45,623 nucleotides of DNA from Candidatus Sysuiplasma jiujiangense (GTDB lineage Archaea; Thermoplasmatota; Thermoplasmata; Sysuiplasmatales; Sysuiplasmataceae): positions 1 through 45,623 of the forward strand of contig JAHEAD010000016.1 of the NCBI GenBank assembly GCA_019721075.1, written 5' to 3'. Below the pieces are notes generated by a model, which saw nothing but the letters and a program-made list of their open reading frames with translations, had not been told where the DNA came from and ran no database searches. The position numbers were made by a program, and so were the translations under genes. Shown in pieces: positions 19,301 to 28,174 of the stretch (its first letter is position 1; each line of letters starts with the position of its first letter).

Positions 19301-20421
19301 GCGAAACACCCATACTCCTGCTCCTCCTGAACAAGTTTGACAGGAAGGGTTTTGCGGAGAATGATATCTGGATAATCGAAAGACTCGCCGCGGATGTTGT
19401 GAATTCCGTCAAAAACATAGAAACTCTGAGAAGAGAGACGCAGCTCAAGAGAAAAGCAGAGACGCTGAGCAATGAGCTTGCGGAAATACTCGACGAAATG
19501 GAATTTCCAATTCTGAGAGTGGGCACTTCCGGCAGCATAGAATTCGCGAATGAGTATGCCAGGAAGCTTTTCCTGCCGGATATTCAGGGCGAGGGACAGA
19601 AGATCACGTCCCTCCTCGATGAGAAGGATTCACTGCAGATCGTGGAACTCACAGACAACCTGAGGAAATCCGAACGGTTCGATTCTTCCTATTCGCTGCT
19701 GACGCATAACGGCCTCAGAAGAATGAATGTTTCCGGCATACCCATACAGGGGAAGGGAAAGAAAAAGGGCACCATACTGCTGATCAGGGGGGAGGAGGCG
19801 CTGATTGCTCCAGGCAATGACGGCAGTGATGAAAATTACCAGTCCGCCAGGCATTCCGAAATTGAGGGCATACGCTACACGATGAAGCGCGGCTACAGCT
19901 ACATGGTGAATGAGCAGAGGCCGCTCCTGGCATATATGGCGCTGAATGATCTTTCCAGGGCCGGATTCGACATTCTTGCGATAACAAGGCAGCATCCGAC
20001 AAAGATCAGGGAGAAATTCGGCTTAATCGGCGCGGAAATCAGGTGGCTGACACAGGTCGTGGGCAGCAACAATCTCGATCCCTCCAAGATATCCATGATT
20101 ACAAGCGCCATTCTGAACTTTATCGACAGGCACAGGAATTCAGCAATTCTGATTGACGGCCTGGAATATCTCCTCCCAAATAACAGCGTCGTCAAGGTTG
20201 TCGGTATGCTTGAGAGCGTCATGCAGAGGACAGTGGACAGGGGTGCAGTTATAATCGCATCTGCCGACAGGCTTACCTTTGACCAGAAGGATCTTGCCAT
20301 GATAGAGAAGATGTTTGAGGAACTTGATCTCAGGGAGATGAAAAGGCGTTACCTCAACACGGAGATAGAAAAATTCGATACGAATAAAATTGAACCGGCA
20401 GGAGACGATGCAAATGATTAA
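16372..20421 (+). CDS. Multi-GAF + PAS + DUF835 (KaiC-like) signal transduction protein
   Basis: GAF motifs (IGEGIVGRA..SILTIPI..IGVIAL..FS.EE; VIPL..GFLIL..PFD), PAS (PILRV...G.IEFAN), C-terminal LAITRQHP, RWLT, ILIDGLEYL..N. Confidence 0.85.
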   Translation: MSEEDAVTGKLVDKPRSPSGNKSRKPAENSALEDIISSAVDTLSESGSWKSMLSSFSRNLARSRTEMFAVFVVIGRDLKFKWTTYNEILGNPEELSYEDLLPLNADFGEAAKTISVPGNNIKLLSEISAITNIDDFTLYRGGEHRSPSLYMYVGSRRKLDGTENLALSMTAKAFDSIVTREFRSSEHLYRSSRLAAAIEIMIQLQEGEITGSTLNKVSDILQKRLPVDFAAIMIEDEDSHNIEMTGISEALTSLYDTPQSLKTNNLPALVGSSKDSVILTEFEGANYRPLGIGSRWACVIPLAISSRRGGFLILESRTAAPFDESELDDIEVVSRAVADRISSKLMVAGKDRKIGVRNMLLEELLLLQRENDPSKIADDALTFIDSVIRSNISVFYVLNESRSMLIPIQSHGIFAEEMLSFSVRIGEGIVGRAMTRDKPELVHEAHTDARSVNIPGTPNEPESILTIPIRSIREDIGVIALHRIGRKSFSGEEIELAEITARHFSTVMERAYSTAELKKRIAEREMENHLRAQVAECTSLCAEIDDAEQICPIMLQKAMEFCNSDNGLLFVRKKGEGTLAKLAGKGITGDTALPELNAGEFDSLLKNAVRLSSGALTVENMGDISTLTEFVCPGTREKAVSRLFERALISESREFGGSSAVFICFDYRSNIRTENFRNAVMQELLNFLSVQLVKLNSRRSGIVELEQLKKISGFKDIANDEADINSLHKKTTEYLESALNAVFVAAYRIDYEGERLVLLHSSSHSYFPPKELLLKFVAGFLEKLNRSSTVATIDLKDDADSYPELFRNRMAISRLNSTEGADILFLAGFSDYRAMAEQLTVFSESVRYLENRIRQLEASFRERQRSGILNLIGEIGRKISSERDFRRMLDALASAAGHIIGAEYALTGVVSGSFVEWNGYFETMIPESIDKLALKSAERGEAIVVNNFEKSQIELDSTSAETVKDMVIYPVFRRSESETPILLLLLNKFDRKGFAENDIWIIERLAADVVNSVKNIETLRRETQLKRKAETLSNELAEILDEMEFPILRVGTSGSIEFANEYARKLFLPDIQGEGQKITSLLDEKDSLQIVELTDNLRKSERFDSSYSLLTHNGLRRMNVSGIPIQGKGKKKGTILLIRGEEALIAPGNDGSDENYQSARHSEIEGIRYTMKRGYSYMVNEQRPLLAYMALNDLSRAGFDILAITRQHPTKIREKFGLIGAEIRWLTQVVGSNNLDPSKISMITSAILNFIDRHRNSAILIDGLEYLLPNNSVVKVVGMLESVMQRTVDRGAVIIASADRLTFDQKDLAMIEKMFEELDLREMKRRYLNTEIEKFDTNKIEPAGDDAND

Positions 20422-20516
20422 AAACAGAATAGAAATAGGGGTCTTGCTCCCATTCTGCCCGGCAAGCTTACGCTGACAGGATTGAAGCCTGATTTCGGGG
20501 AAAAAGGTGTTCAGCA

Positions 20517-20759
20517 ATGTCTGATTCGGATATGGTAAATGTTCAATGCGAAACCTGCGGTGTCTACATAAGCCTCGACGGATTGAGTGTAAAGATAAAG
20601 AAATCGCTCCGGAAGCCGGTGGAATGCCCGATATGCCGGAATTCGAGGATTGCCAGGGAAATTGAAGCTGAGGAGGCAGGCTTTGCCGGGGAGGCCGACG
20701 AGGACATCGCGCCGAGGCCAAGGGAGTTTAAAAAGGCGGCAAACCAGACCGTGTTCTGA
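20517..20759 (+). CDS. Small zinc-ribbon protein
   Basis: CETCG ... CPICR paired CxxC motifs; GGTG SD. Confidence 0.7.
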   Translation: MSDSDMVNVQCETCGVYISLDGLSVKIKKSLRKPVECPICRNSRIAREIEAEEAGFAGEADEDIAPRPREFKKAANQTVF

Positions 20760-20760
20760 T

Positions 20761-21231
20761 CTAATCCCGGGGGATGAAGTGCCTCCTGCCTTCGAAATAC
20801 TCGGCGACCGCAGGCAGGATGTTCATCAGCGCTATTATTGCCAGTATCCTGGTCACCGGATAGATGTTCGCCGTCAGCCAGAAGGAGCCCGGAAAAGCAA
20901 TCGTGAACGCTCTGCCCAGGACTTCGACGAGATAGAACGCTATGGCAATCAGCGAGAGAATCCTCAGGCAGAGGCCCGGGAGCCTTTCATTTCCCAGAAG
21001 CTGTGCGCCGAAGTTGAGAGCTATGAAAACAGAGCCGATGAAAAGGGCCGTACTGGCCATGCCCGCGGATGCGCCCAGACTGACTCCCGGATAAGCAGCG
21101 GCAAGATGCAGATATATTTCCGGCACTACTATCAGAAAGAAAAGCGCTTCCGCCACTGAAAGGACAGCCTTTACGAAGTGCAGCTGCCTGTGGAACTGTT
21201 CAGTCCTTCCGGCACCGTATGAGTTGCTCAA
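20761..21231 (-). CDS. Hypothetical 4-TM membrane protein
   Basis: Start reassigned to TTG 21231, overlapping the upstream stop (TTGA), with GGAGG SD; four hydrophobic segments. Confidence 0.7.
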   Translation of the reverse strand: MSNSYGAGRTEQFHRQLHFVKAVLSVAEALFFLIVVPEIYLHLAAAYPGVSLGASAGMASTALFIGSVFIALNFGAQLLGNERLPGLCLRILSLIAIAFYLVEVLGRAFTIAFPGSFWLTANIYPVTRILAIIALMNILPAVAEYFEGRRHFIPRD

Positions 21232-21896
21232 TACCGCAGCCTCCAGCCGTATACGGGCGGCATGATGGCTGGTACGCCGCCGTAATTTGCAGCGAAAACC
21301 GCACCGTGCTTCTGCTGAACGCAATTATCAAAGCTGATCGCATATGCAAGACCCTGCTGACCGAGCATCGCCGATGTGGAGAGAGGCATGCTGTGGTTCA
21401 GCCTGAAATTGAAGAACCGGAATGCGTACGAAGCGCTGACCGAAATGTAGAGCGTCAGGTTGATCGCCGAATATGCGGATTCTGCGAGAAACCATCCTGG
21501 AAGCGAGGCGTAATAAACAGGCACAGAAACGTTGTATGAAACATTGCCGCCAGGCGGAATGTCGGGCAGCGCCTTTGAATAACCGTAGACACTCGTCCCG
21601 TTTGATGATATTGCTATATTGAGCGAGTACAGGATGCCGTTGAGGGAGTACAGTGCCCTGTTGTCCACGATGAAAGAACTGTTGATATAGAAGGCAGAAG
21701 GACTTCTGGAAGTCTGCGGGGCTGAATAAGTTTCCACTGAAATACCATGTCCGGCAACAAACGGAAGCACCGCCGATGCAATGAAAACAAGAAGCGCGAG
21801 CGATACAGCCAGGATGAGTCTCCTGAGCGTCCTTGAAAGCTGAAAATGCAAATTCAAACCAGCAGACCAGCCCTGTGAATTAATGACTGCCTGCAT
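21228..21896 (-). CDS. Membrane-anchored extracellular beta-rich protein, function unknown
   Basis: RRLILAVSLALLVFIASAVL anchor followed by Ser/Asn/Tyr-rich beta strands with several N-x-S/T sequons; start uncertain. Confidence 0.65.
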   Translation of the reverse strand: MQAVINSQGWSAGLNLHFQLSRTLRRLILAVSLALLVFIASAVLPFVAGHGISVETYSAPQTSRSPSAFYINSSFIVDNRALYSLNGILYSLNIAISSNGTSVYGYSKALPDIPPGGNVSYNVSVPVYYASLPGWFLAESAYSAINLTLYISVSASYAFRFFNFRLNHSMPLSTSAMLGQQGLAYAISFDNCVQQKHGAVFAANYGGVPAIMPPVYGWRLRY

Positions 21897-21923
21897 CCGG
21901 ATAAATAACATGAGATGCCGGTT

Positions 21924-21977
21924 TCACACCTTGATAAGCTTGCGTGCGGCGCAGCATTGCGCAAGGACAGGGTCCAT
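21924..21977 (-). CDS. Possible 17-aa Cys-Cys peptide
   Basis: MDPVLAQCCAARKLIKV*; GAAGTGA SD-like site and a TTTAATA box upstream. Confidence 0.3.
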   Translation of the reverse strand: MDPVLAQCCAARKLIKV

Positions 21978-22116
21978 GATCACTTCGTCCCCGCGGCACG
22001 GCGGTCCGCGGCCCAACAGTGCCTGCACAGGAACGTGACTGACCTGCCGGCTATTAAAGCGCAGCCAGGCCTTGTCAGAATGAATTATATACAGAATTGA
22101 TGTATGCGCTTCCTGA

Positions 22117-22560
22117 ATGACAGGAATAGAAGGAAAGGAGCTGCAGAAAAAGGTTGTAATCAGGGTAATCGATGATATCGACAGCCAGATCCTTTCCCTG
22201 CTGCGCGAAAATGCAAGAATGAAAAATGTTGAAATCGCAAGGCATGTGAACCTTACCGAAGGCGGTGTAAGGGCGCGCATAGCCAAGATGGTCAACGATC
22301 ACATTATAGAGAGGTTCACAATAGTCACAAGGAGCAATCAGATTTCCGGCCTTGTGCTGATCAAGACACAGCTGGATCAGACGAAGATTGTAATAAAGAG
22401 GCTGAAGGAAATCTCATCATCCGTGTATGAGACAAGCGGCGAATTTGATGTTGCCTCGGAAATGAGTGCAGACACTGTCGAACAGCTGAACCAGAAAGTC
22501 GACGAAATAAGATCTTTTCCCGGCGTACTCGAAACAATGACACTGATCAAAATGAGCTGA
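22117..22560 (+). CDS. Lrp/AsnC family transcriptional regulator
   Basis: DDIDSQILSLLRENAR..N.EIA..V.LTEG.VR.RI HTH; VYETSGEFD in the RAM domain. Confidence 0.92.
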   Translation: MTGIEGKELQKKVVIRVIDDIDSQILSLLRENARMKNVEIARHVNLTEGGVRARIAKMVNDHIIERFTIVTRSNQISGLVLIKTQLDQTKIVIKRLKEISSSVYETSGEFDVASEMSADTVEQLNQKVDEIRSFPGVLETMTLIKMS

Positions 22561-22611
22561 AAGTCCTCCGTGCCTTGAAACATTTAAAATGGAACCGGAC
22601 ATAGCATATCT

Positions 22612-25122
22612 GTGACTTTTCAGCCAGAGAATGAGGACAAAACTGTTGTCGGGAGACCCGGCCTCGCCGCGAATCTGATGAAAAGGCTTGTCTATGCCGC
22701 CCTGTCCGTATTCTTCATTTCATCCGCGACAACGCTGTGGTCAAGCACGGGCTATCTGAACATCGGTGTGCTTCTGGCAGTCTGGTCCCTTCTCATCATT
22801 TCCGGCGTGCTGCTTGTTCTAGCGGCGCTGGTCAGGCCCCCAACTCAGGGCAGGAGAAGGAAGACATTCTTCGGCAGGACCGGCCTCCTTAAAAAGACGC
22901 TGAACAAATCCGCATGGGTTCTGCTGGCAGTTTTCTTTATCTCGTTTGCCGCAGGTCTGTGGTCAGCACCCGTCAGATCCGGTCTGGAAACAGCCGTTGC
23001 CGTCTGGTCCCTTCTCATCATTTCCGGCGTGCTGCTCGTTCTTGCAGCATTTACAGACACAGACAGCAGGAAGATGGAAAATGCCTATCTGGTCATTCTG
23101 CTTTCCGGCATGACAGCGCTTTTTGCCGGAATAGTCGCTACCGCACCGCTGTTCGGAACGGATGAAATTGCGATTGAAACATATGCTGCACACCTCACCC
23201 TGAACGGCATAGATCCGTATGTCGTGGCAAACATGGTCGGCGTATTCCAGCTCTACCATGTATCTTTCTATTATCTGACACCACTGCTGACGGGCGGCTT
23301 TGTTCACAGCCTCAACTATCCCGGACTCTCGGTCCTGCTCATGTTGCCCGGCGCGCTTGGATGGGTACACAGCAACTATGTTCTCGTGTTTTTCAACCTT
23401 GCTTCCTATCCACTGCTCTTCTTTTACTACAGACGGTCTGATTTTACAATTATTTTTCCGTATGCTGTTTTTGTCCTTTTCCTTAATTTCAACTGGATAT
23501 ACTATACAGCCGGCGGACTCACGGAGATCATCTGGCTGTTCTTTCTTTCAGCCTCATACGTATCAAGAAACAGGCCATGGCTGAGCGGCCTCCTCTACGG
23601 GCTGAGTCTTTCCAGCAAGCAGACTGCGGCGGCGATTCTTCCATTCTATCTGTATTTCATCTACATGGAGAACAGCAGAAGCACGAAGCTTACGGGTGAA
23701 TTTGTTCTGGCCGGAACGCTGTCGTTTCTGCTCACCAATCTGCCTTTCATTTTAATGAACCCGCACTCCTGGTTTTTCAGCGTTGCCGGAGTAGCAAGCC
23801 AGCCCATAATCGGTATAGGACTTGGTCCCTCGATAATATCGTTCGCCGGCTTTGTTCCGATGTCAAAACTTGTGTTCTATGCCGTTCCGGTAATAATCAT
23901 CGCAGGGCTGTTCGCACTTTACGTCACATACTACGGCGAACTGCGCTATGCATTCTTTGCGTTTCCGGTCATAGCTTTCGTTTTCTACTACAGGCTCCTG
24001 CTCAACTACCTTGTCTACTGGCCATTTCTCATACTTCTTGTTTTCCCTGATGTGATGCAGGCTGTTTACGGTATGAAGCCGGTGCCCCGGGACTGGAGGG
24101 GAGCCGGACGGAAAGTTGCAGCAGCGGCAGCAAATCTGAGGAAACGGAAGGCGGGCGCGGCGGCAGTACTGCTGATGATTCTCGGAAGCAGCATTGTCGC
24201 CGGCTACGGTTACGCTGCCGCACTGCATAACCCCCTTGAGATCACAGGAATAGAATCATTCGGAGACCCGTTTGATATACCTTACAGCATTACATCGATG
24301 AACATTACAATGCGTTATCTGCCGGCCGCAGGAATGCCGCAGAGTATACCGGTATTTTTCAGGGTTCTGATCAACGGTCCCCTCGTGAGCGCTAACGGTA
24401 TGCTCTGGAGTGCCCGGTCGCCGCACGTGGGCAGGGGAAACACAACGCTGCAGATATTCCCTGACACGGTAATCGACTACGTCCCTGTGAATACGGGATT
24501 CAGGCTCATCGCATACTACGGCAGCTTCCAGGCATCCTATTATTCTGCCGGAAGCAAAAATATCTCAGTGGTGCCGATGGAGAATCCGCTCATGCAGAGG
24601 GCTACATTCTTCAGCTCGATGTTGCCGGCAGGCTGGGAATTCGAGCGGAACGCAGGGACCAGTGCGTCATACGTATATACACCGGGCAGGATCACTCTCA
24701 CGCTTGGCATGGCAGCGAACAGGCATATACCCGCAGAGGCCGCAATAGCGAACGACAGAATCAATCTGAGCTCGCTTGCTTCATCTGATTACATACTGTC
24801 GTACTCCCTTTCCGTGAATGACGGCGGCAGCACAAACACAGGAAGTGCTGTTTACGGAGCACTGTTTGCCTTCGGCAACAATACCGAGCACATACTCGTT
24901 GAATACAACAGCTCCGTTTACTTCTCATATTCCAGCCCGGGACCGGATTCGATAATCATACGCACCAACCAGACCGCCATCTACTTCAGCCAGATTGCAA
25001 GCCTCGCGGAATTTGAGCACTGGCCGATGCATGGCGTAAGATTTATGTACCTAGTATGTACGCTCTCTTCAGACGTACCGGTTTCGGCAACATTCTACAA
25101 TTTCAGTATCAGGAGTGGTTAA
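22612..25122 (+). CDS. Polytopic membrane protein, probable GT-C fold glycosyltransferase with extracellular C-terminal domains
   Basis: GTDE acidic motif in first external loop, GIDPY, NYPG, SKQ, NLPF; more than 12 hydrophobic segments; overlaps the GT2 start region. Confidence 0.7.
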   Translation: MTFQPENEDKTVVGRPGLAANLMKRLVYAALSVFFISSATTLWSSTGYLNIGVLLAVWSLLIISGVLLVLAALVRPPTQGRRRKTFFGRTGLLKKTLNKSAWVLLAVFFISFAAGLWSAPVRSGLETAVAVWSLLIISGVLLVLAAFTDTDSRKMENAYLVILLSGMTALFAGIVATAPLFGTDEIAIETYAAHLTLNGIDPYVVANMVGVFQLYHVSFYYLTPLLTGGFVHSLNYPGLSVLLMLPGALGWVHSNYVLVFFNLASYPLLFFYYRRSDFTIIFPYAVFVLFLNFNWIYYTAGGLTEIIWLFFLSASYVSRNRPWLSGLLYGLSLSSKQTAAAILPFYLYFIYMENSRSTKLTGEFVLAGTLSFLLTNLPFILMNPHSWFFSVAGVASQPIIGIGLGPSIISFAGFVPMSKLVFYAVPVIIIAGLFALYVTYYGELRYAFFAFPVIAFVFYYRLLLNYLVYWPFLILLVFPDVMQAVYGMKPVPRDWRGAGRKVAAAAANLRKRKAGAAAVLLMILGSSIVAGYGYAAALHNPLEITGIESFGDPFDIPYSITSMNITMRYLPAAGMPQSIPVFFRVLINGPLVSANGMLWSARSPHVGRGNTTLQIFPDTVIDYVPVNTGFRLIAYYGSFQASYYSAGSKNISVVPMENPLMQRATFFSSMLPAGWEFERNAGTSASYVYTPGRITLTLGMAANRHIPAEAAIANDRINLSSLASSDYILSYSLSVNDGGSTNTGSAVYGALFAFGNNTEHILVEYNSSVYFSYSSPGPDSIIIRTNQTAIYFSQIASLAEFEHWPMHGVRFMYLVCTLSSDVPVSATFYNFSIRSG
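22780..23036 (+). repeat. 35-bp perfect direct repeat, copies 22780-22814 and 23002-23036
   Basis: GTCTGGTCCCTTCTCATCATTTCCGGCGTGCTGCT twice, 222 bp apart, in frame. Confidence 0.9.
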
Positions 25123-25123
25123 C

Positions 25124-26173
25124 ATGACAGAGTTGACGGTTGTCCTTCCCACATTCAATGAGGCGGAAAACCTGCCGCTGGTAATAGAGAGGATAGAGAG
25201 GCTGAACCTTGACTGTGATATTATAGTTGTGGATGACAACAGCGGCGATGGAACAGCAGATGCAGTCAGGCGCATGATGGCGCGTTATGGCAACCTCAGG
25301 CTGATTGAACGGCCGTCAAAATCAGGAATTGACACAGCGGTCAGGGATGCGGCGCTTGTCGCCGGAGGAAAGTACATAGCAGTAATGGACAGCGACCTGC
25401 AGCACCCGCCTGAGCTTCTTCCGCAGCTGCTGCACGAAGCCAGAGGGGGGAAGGAGCTTGTAATAGCCTCCAGATATGCGGAGAACTCAAAAACAGACAT
25501 GGGCTTCCTTCGGGGACTCGTTTCGAAATGCGCCACAGCGCTTGCACATTTCTTCGTGCCGAGAACGAGAAACATCACGGACCCCCTTTCCGGCTACTTC
25601 ATATTTGAAAAGGGTTCTGTGGATACGGGCACCATTGGAGTTAACAACTACAAGGTGCTTCTCGAAATACTCGCAAGGAACCAGGTCGAGGCATCCGAAA
25701 TACCGTTTGATTTCGGCGAACGGCATTCAGGCAGGAGTAAACTCGGATTCACGGAGATGCTGCGGTTTATTGCTCTCCTCTTCAGGTATTCGGACTACAG
25801 AACGGTCAAGTTCGTAATCGTCGGTGCAATCGGCATAGGCATCAACGAAAGCCTGCTTTTTCTCTTTGAACCGCATGCCCCGCTGCTGCTGGCATCGGCG
25901 GTTGCGGTGGAGGCTTCAATCGTCTCCAATTTCATAATGAACAATTACTGGACTTTCAGAAAAAAGATGAGATGCGGCTTCCTGAGAGGACTTTTAAGAT
26001 ACAATTTCGTAACAACTGCAGGTGCACTGCTGAACATAGCGATACTGGGAATGCTTGTTTTCGTCCATTTCGAATATCTTGCAGCCAACTTTGTGGGAAC
26101 AATATTCGGCTTCGCAGCAAATTACATCGGAAGCGAAGGTTTCGTATGGCGCCTCAGGGTGCCGATTCAGTGA
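25124..26173 (+). CDS. Polyprenol-phosphate glycosyltransferase (GT2, DPM1-like) fused to a GtrA-like domain
   Basis: VVLPTFNEAENL, VVDDNSGDGT, MDSDLQHPPE, ASRY, DPLSGYF, R..G.SK; C-terminal KFVIVG...NF..N..WTF. Confidence 0.92.
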   Translation: MTELTVVLPTFNEAENLPLVIERIERLNLDCDIIVVDDNSGDGTADAVRRMMARYGNLRLIERPSKSGIDTAVRDAALVAGGKYIAVMDSDLQHPPELLPQLLHEARGGKELVIASRYAENSKTDMGFLRGLVSKCATALAHFFVPRTRNITDPLSGYFIFEKGSVDTGTIGVNNYKVLLEILARNQVEASEIPFDFGERHSGRSKLGFTEMLRFIALLFRYSDYRTVKFVIVGAIGIGINESLLFLFEPHAPLLLASAVAVEASIVSNFIMNNYWTFRKKMRCGFLRGLLRYNFVTTAGALLNIAILGMLVFVHFEYLAANFVGTIFGFAANYIGSEGFVWRLRVPIQ

Positions 26174-26207
26174 GCGGAACGCCCTGATCTTTTGTGCGTC
26201 CAGTTGA

Positions 26208-26218
26208 CCCCCCCCCCC
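26208..26218. repeat. Poly-C tract (11 nt)
   Basis: Homopolymer in the gap between convergent genes. Confidence 0.85.
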
Positions 26219-26241
26219 ACATCCAGAGACACATGGCATGC

Positions 26242-26278
26242 CCTGGGGCTGACGCATGCCACGGCAGTCAGCCTCAGG
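26242..26278. other. Stem-loop between convergent genes
   Basis: CCTGGGGCTGAC / GTCAGCCTCAGG 12-bp stem with one G-U pair. Confidence 0.55.
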
Positions 26279-26287
26279 CGGTCAGCT

Positions 26288-28024
26288 TCAGGCGGACGGC
26301 ACGGCGGAGAATACGACCGGAGAAGAGGAATAACCGAGTTTGAAAAGATACGTATCTCCCGGATATGAGGAACTGTTCAGGTAGGCGACCACACCGTATA
26401 TGGTGGAGTTACGCAATGCGGACAGGACAAACGGGGGGAGCAGCTGCATCTCGTACGAGTCGGCAAAAACATATTCGGGCAGATCAGAGGAGCTGAAGGG
26501 GAGAAAAGGCATGTAGCTGCGATTGAACGGAAGCCACATCGAGGAATAGGCATGAAAATTCTGATCCACCAGGGGAAAGAGATTGTCGCTGGCGAGCACA
26601 TATGAATTTGCAGGTATCATTGCAGCCATCTTCCGGATCGCTGAAAATTCCGGGCTCGCGGAGTAACGCACATTGAAGCCTATGTTTGCCGAAAAATTCT
26701 GCGTATTGAGCGGTCCGACAACCAGGTTGAAGACTATCAGCGAGGTCAGGAGGAGTATGGAAAACTTCCTCAGGCGGCTCTCGCCCAGATCAGGCAGCCT
26801 GCGTAAAAGCGGATGGAGTTTCGATGCAGTAACGGGCGAAATGAGGAAGCGGAAAAGGACAGCCGCGGCAATTAATGCCAGCAGTACTGGCAGGTAATCG
26901 ACAGGTTTCAGGAGAATAATGCCAAGATCCCTGGCGTAGAAAACGGCCGAGAGGGCGAGGAAGGAGGCCGGCAGAAACACAAAAGCATAGCCGCCTTTCT
27001 CTTTCAGACTGGTGTATCCCATTACGGCAGAAACGAACATGGGGGGGAGTGCTATGAAACCGTACTGATATCCGAAATTCTGAGAGAATTTGGAATAAAG
27101 AAATACCGACTCGACAAACCATGGAAGACTCATGACGAGCGACTTAGGTTTCAGCAGCGGCAGGAATGAGAGTGTGAGAAGGAGCAGCAGCCAGTATATC
27201 AGCGATTTTCCGAGCGTGAGAGGCGTCAGCGAGGGTGAAATGAAGTATGCATTCAGCGAAGACGCAAATGAACTGCTCAGCAGACCGAATACCCTTTCGA
27301 TGACGAACACCCTCACCAGCTCAATCAGGACAAAAGCAATGCCTGAGAGCACCAGGAACGACAGGAATGTCCTGTTCTTTTCTGTCCATTCCCTCAAGGC
27401 TGTGTCAAAACCGTTTTCAGATATGAAATAAATGGCCACTGCGCCGGCGAGCAGCGGGAATACCTCCAGCGTCAGCGAGCCGATGACAAACGGAATCAGC
27501 GCCCATCTGTATCGGCGGACGGACATCAGGTAGTAGAAGGCGAGGAATTCAGCAGGAATGAAGGATTCCCAGTGAAAGTCATAGAAGATACTGGACAGCG
27601 TGGCCATGCTGAAGAGGAAGAGTGTCGCGAACAGCACAGCCTCCGCCCTCGACATTGCGCTTTTCCGCGCCAGGAGGTAGACAGGGACAGAGGATATGCC
27701 TACGGCAAATGACTGGATGAGGAGCAGGAAGAAGGCCCCCTGGTCGAGAGAATAGATGTACGCCACAGGTATTGCCACATATGCGCTGTTGACCTCCAGA
27801 TATGTCGTGTAGCCGGTTGTTGAGAGATCCGCGGTCTCAAAGAGAAGTTTTCCGTGGACTGTTGACCAGAGCATCTGCTGCATTATTCCGAAGTCCCAGT
27901 CGGAGGTGTAGAAATTGGCGTACCGGAGATATCCGACATAGGTGGCAAGGACAATAAAAACGGAGGTCACAGAGATAAGAAGGACGAAATCAAGCAGCAC
28001 CATTTTTTTGGATCCGGATGACAT
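26288..28024 (-). CDS. DUF2079-like polytopic membrane protein (probable GT-C glycosyltransferase)
   Basis: DFGIMQQ.LW, LLLIQS, YDFH.E, QY motifs; many TM segments; start placed at ATG 28024 (ORF is open to 28087). Confidence 0.78.
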   Translation of the reverse strand: MSSGSKKMVLLDFVLLISVTSVFIVLATYVGYLRYANFYTSDWDFGIMQQMLWSTVHGKLLFETADLSTTGYTTYLEVNSAYVAIPVAYIYSLDQGAFFLLLIQSFAVGISSVPVYLLARKSAMSRAEAVLFATLFLFSMATLSSIFYDFHWESFIPAEFLAFYYLMSVRRYRWALIPFVIGSLTLEVFPLLAGAVAIYFISENGFDTALREWTEKNRTFLSFLVLSGIAFVLIELVRVFVIERVFGLLSSSFASSLNAYFISPSLTPLTLGKSLIYWLLLLLTLSFLPLLKPKSLVMSLPWFVESVFLYSKFSQNFGYQYGFIALPPMFVSAVMGYTSLKEKGGYAFVFLPASFLALSAVFYARDLGIILLKPVDYLPVLLALIAAAVLFRFLISPVTASKLHPLLRRLPDLGESRLRKFSILLLTSLIVFNLVVGPLNTQNFSANIGFNVRYSASPEFSAIRKMAAMIPANSYVLASDNLFPLVDQNFHAYSSMWLPFNRSYMPFLPFSSSDLPEYVFADSYEMQLLPPFVLSALRNSTIYGVVAYLNSSSYPGDTYLFKLGYSSSPVVFSAVPSA

Positions 28025-28174
28025 TTCGGCTGTCAAATAGCATCCGGCATGATATTTGTTTGTATTCTCCGGTAAAAAGGCAGGCACCCATGAATGTGTT
28101 ATTGTTTAAGTAGGAATTGATTTCTCATCTGTTTACGTGAGCCGCCTGCAGAACGGGCGGAGGGAGATGGGCAT

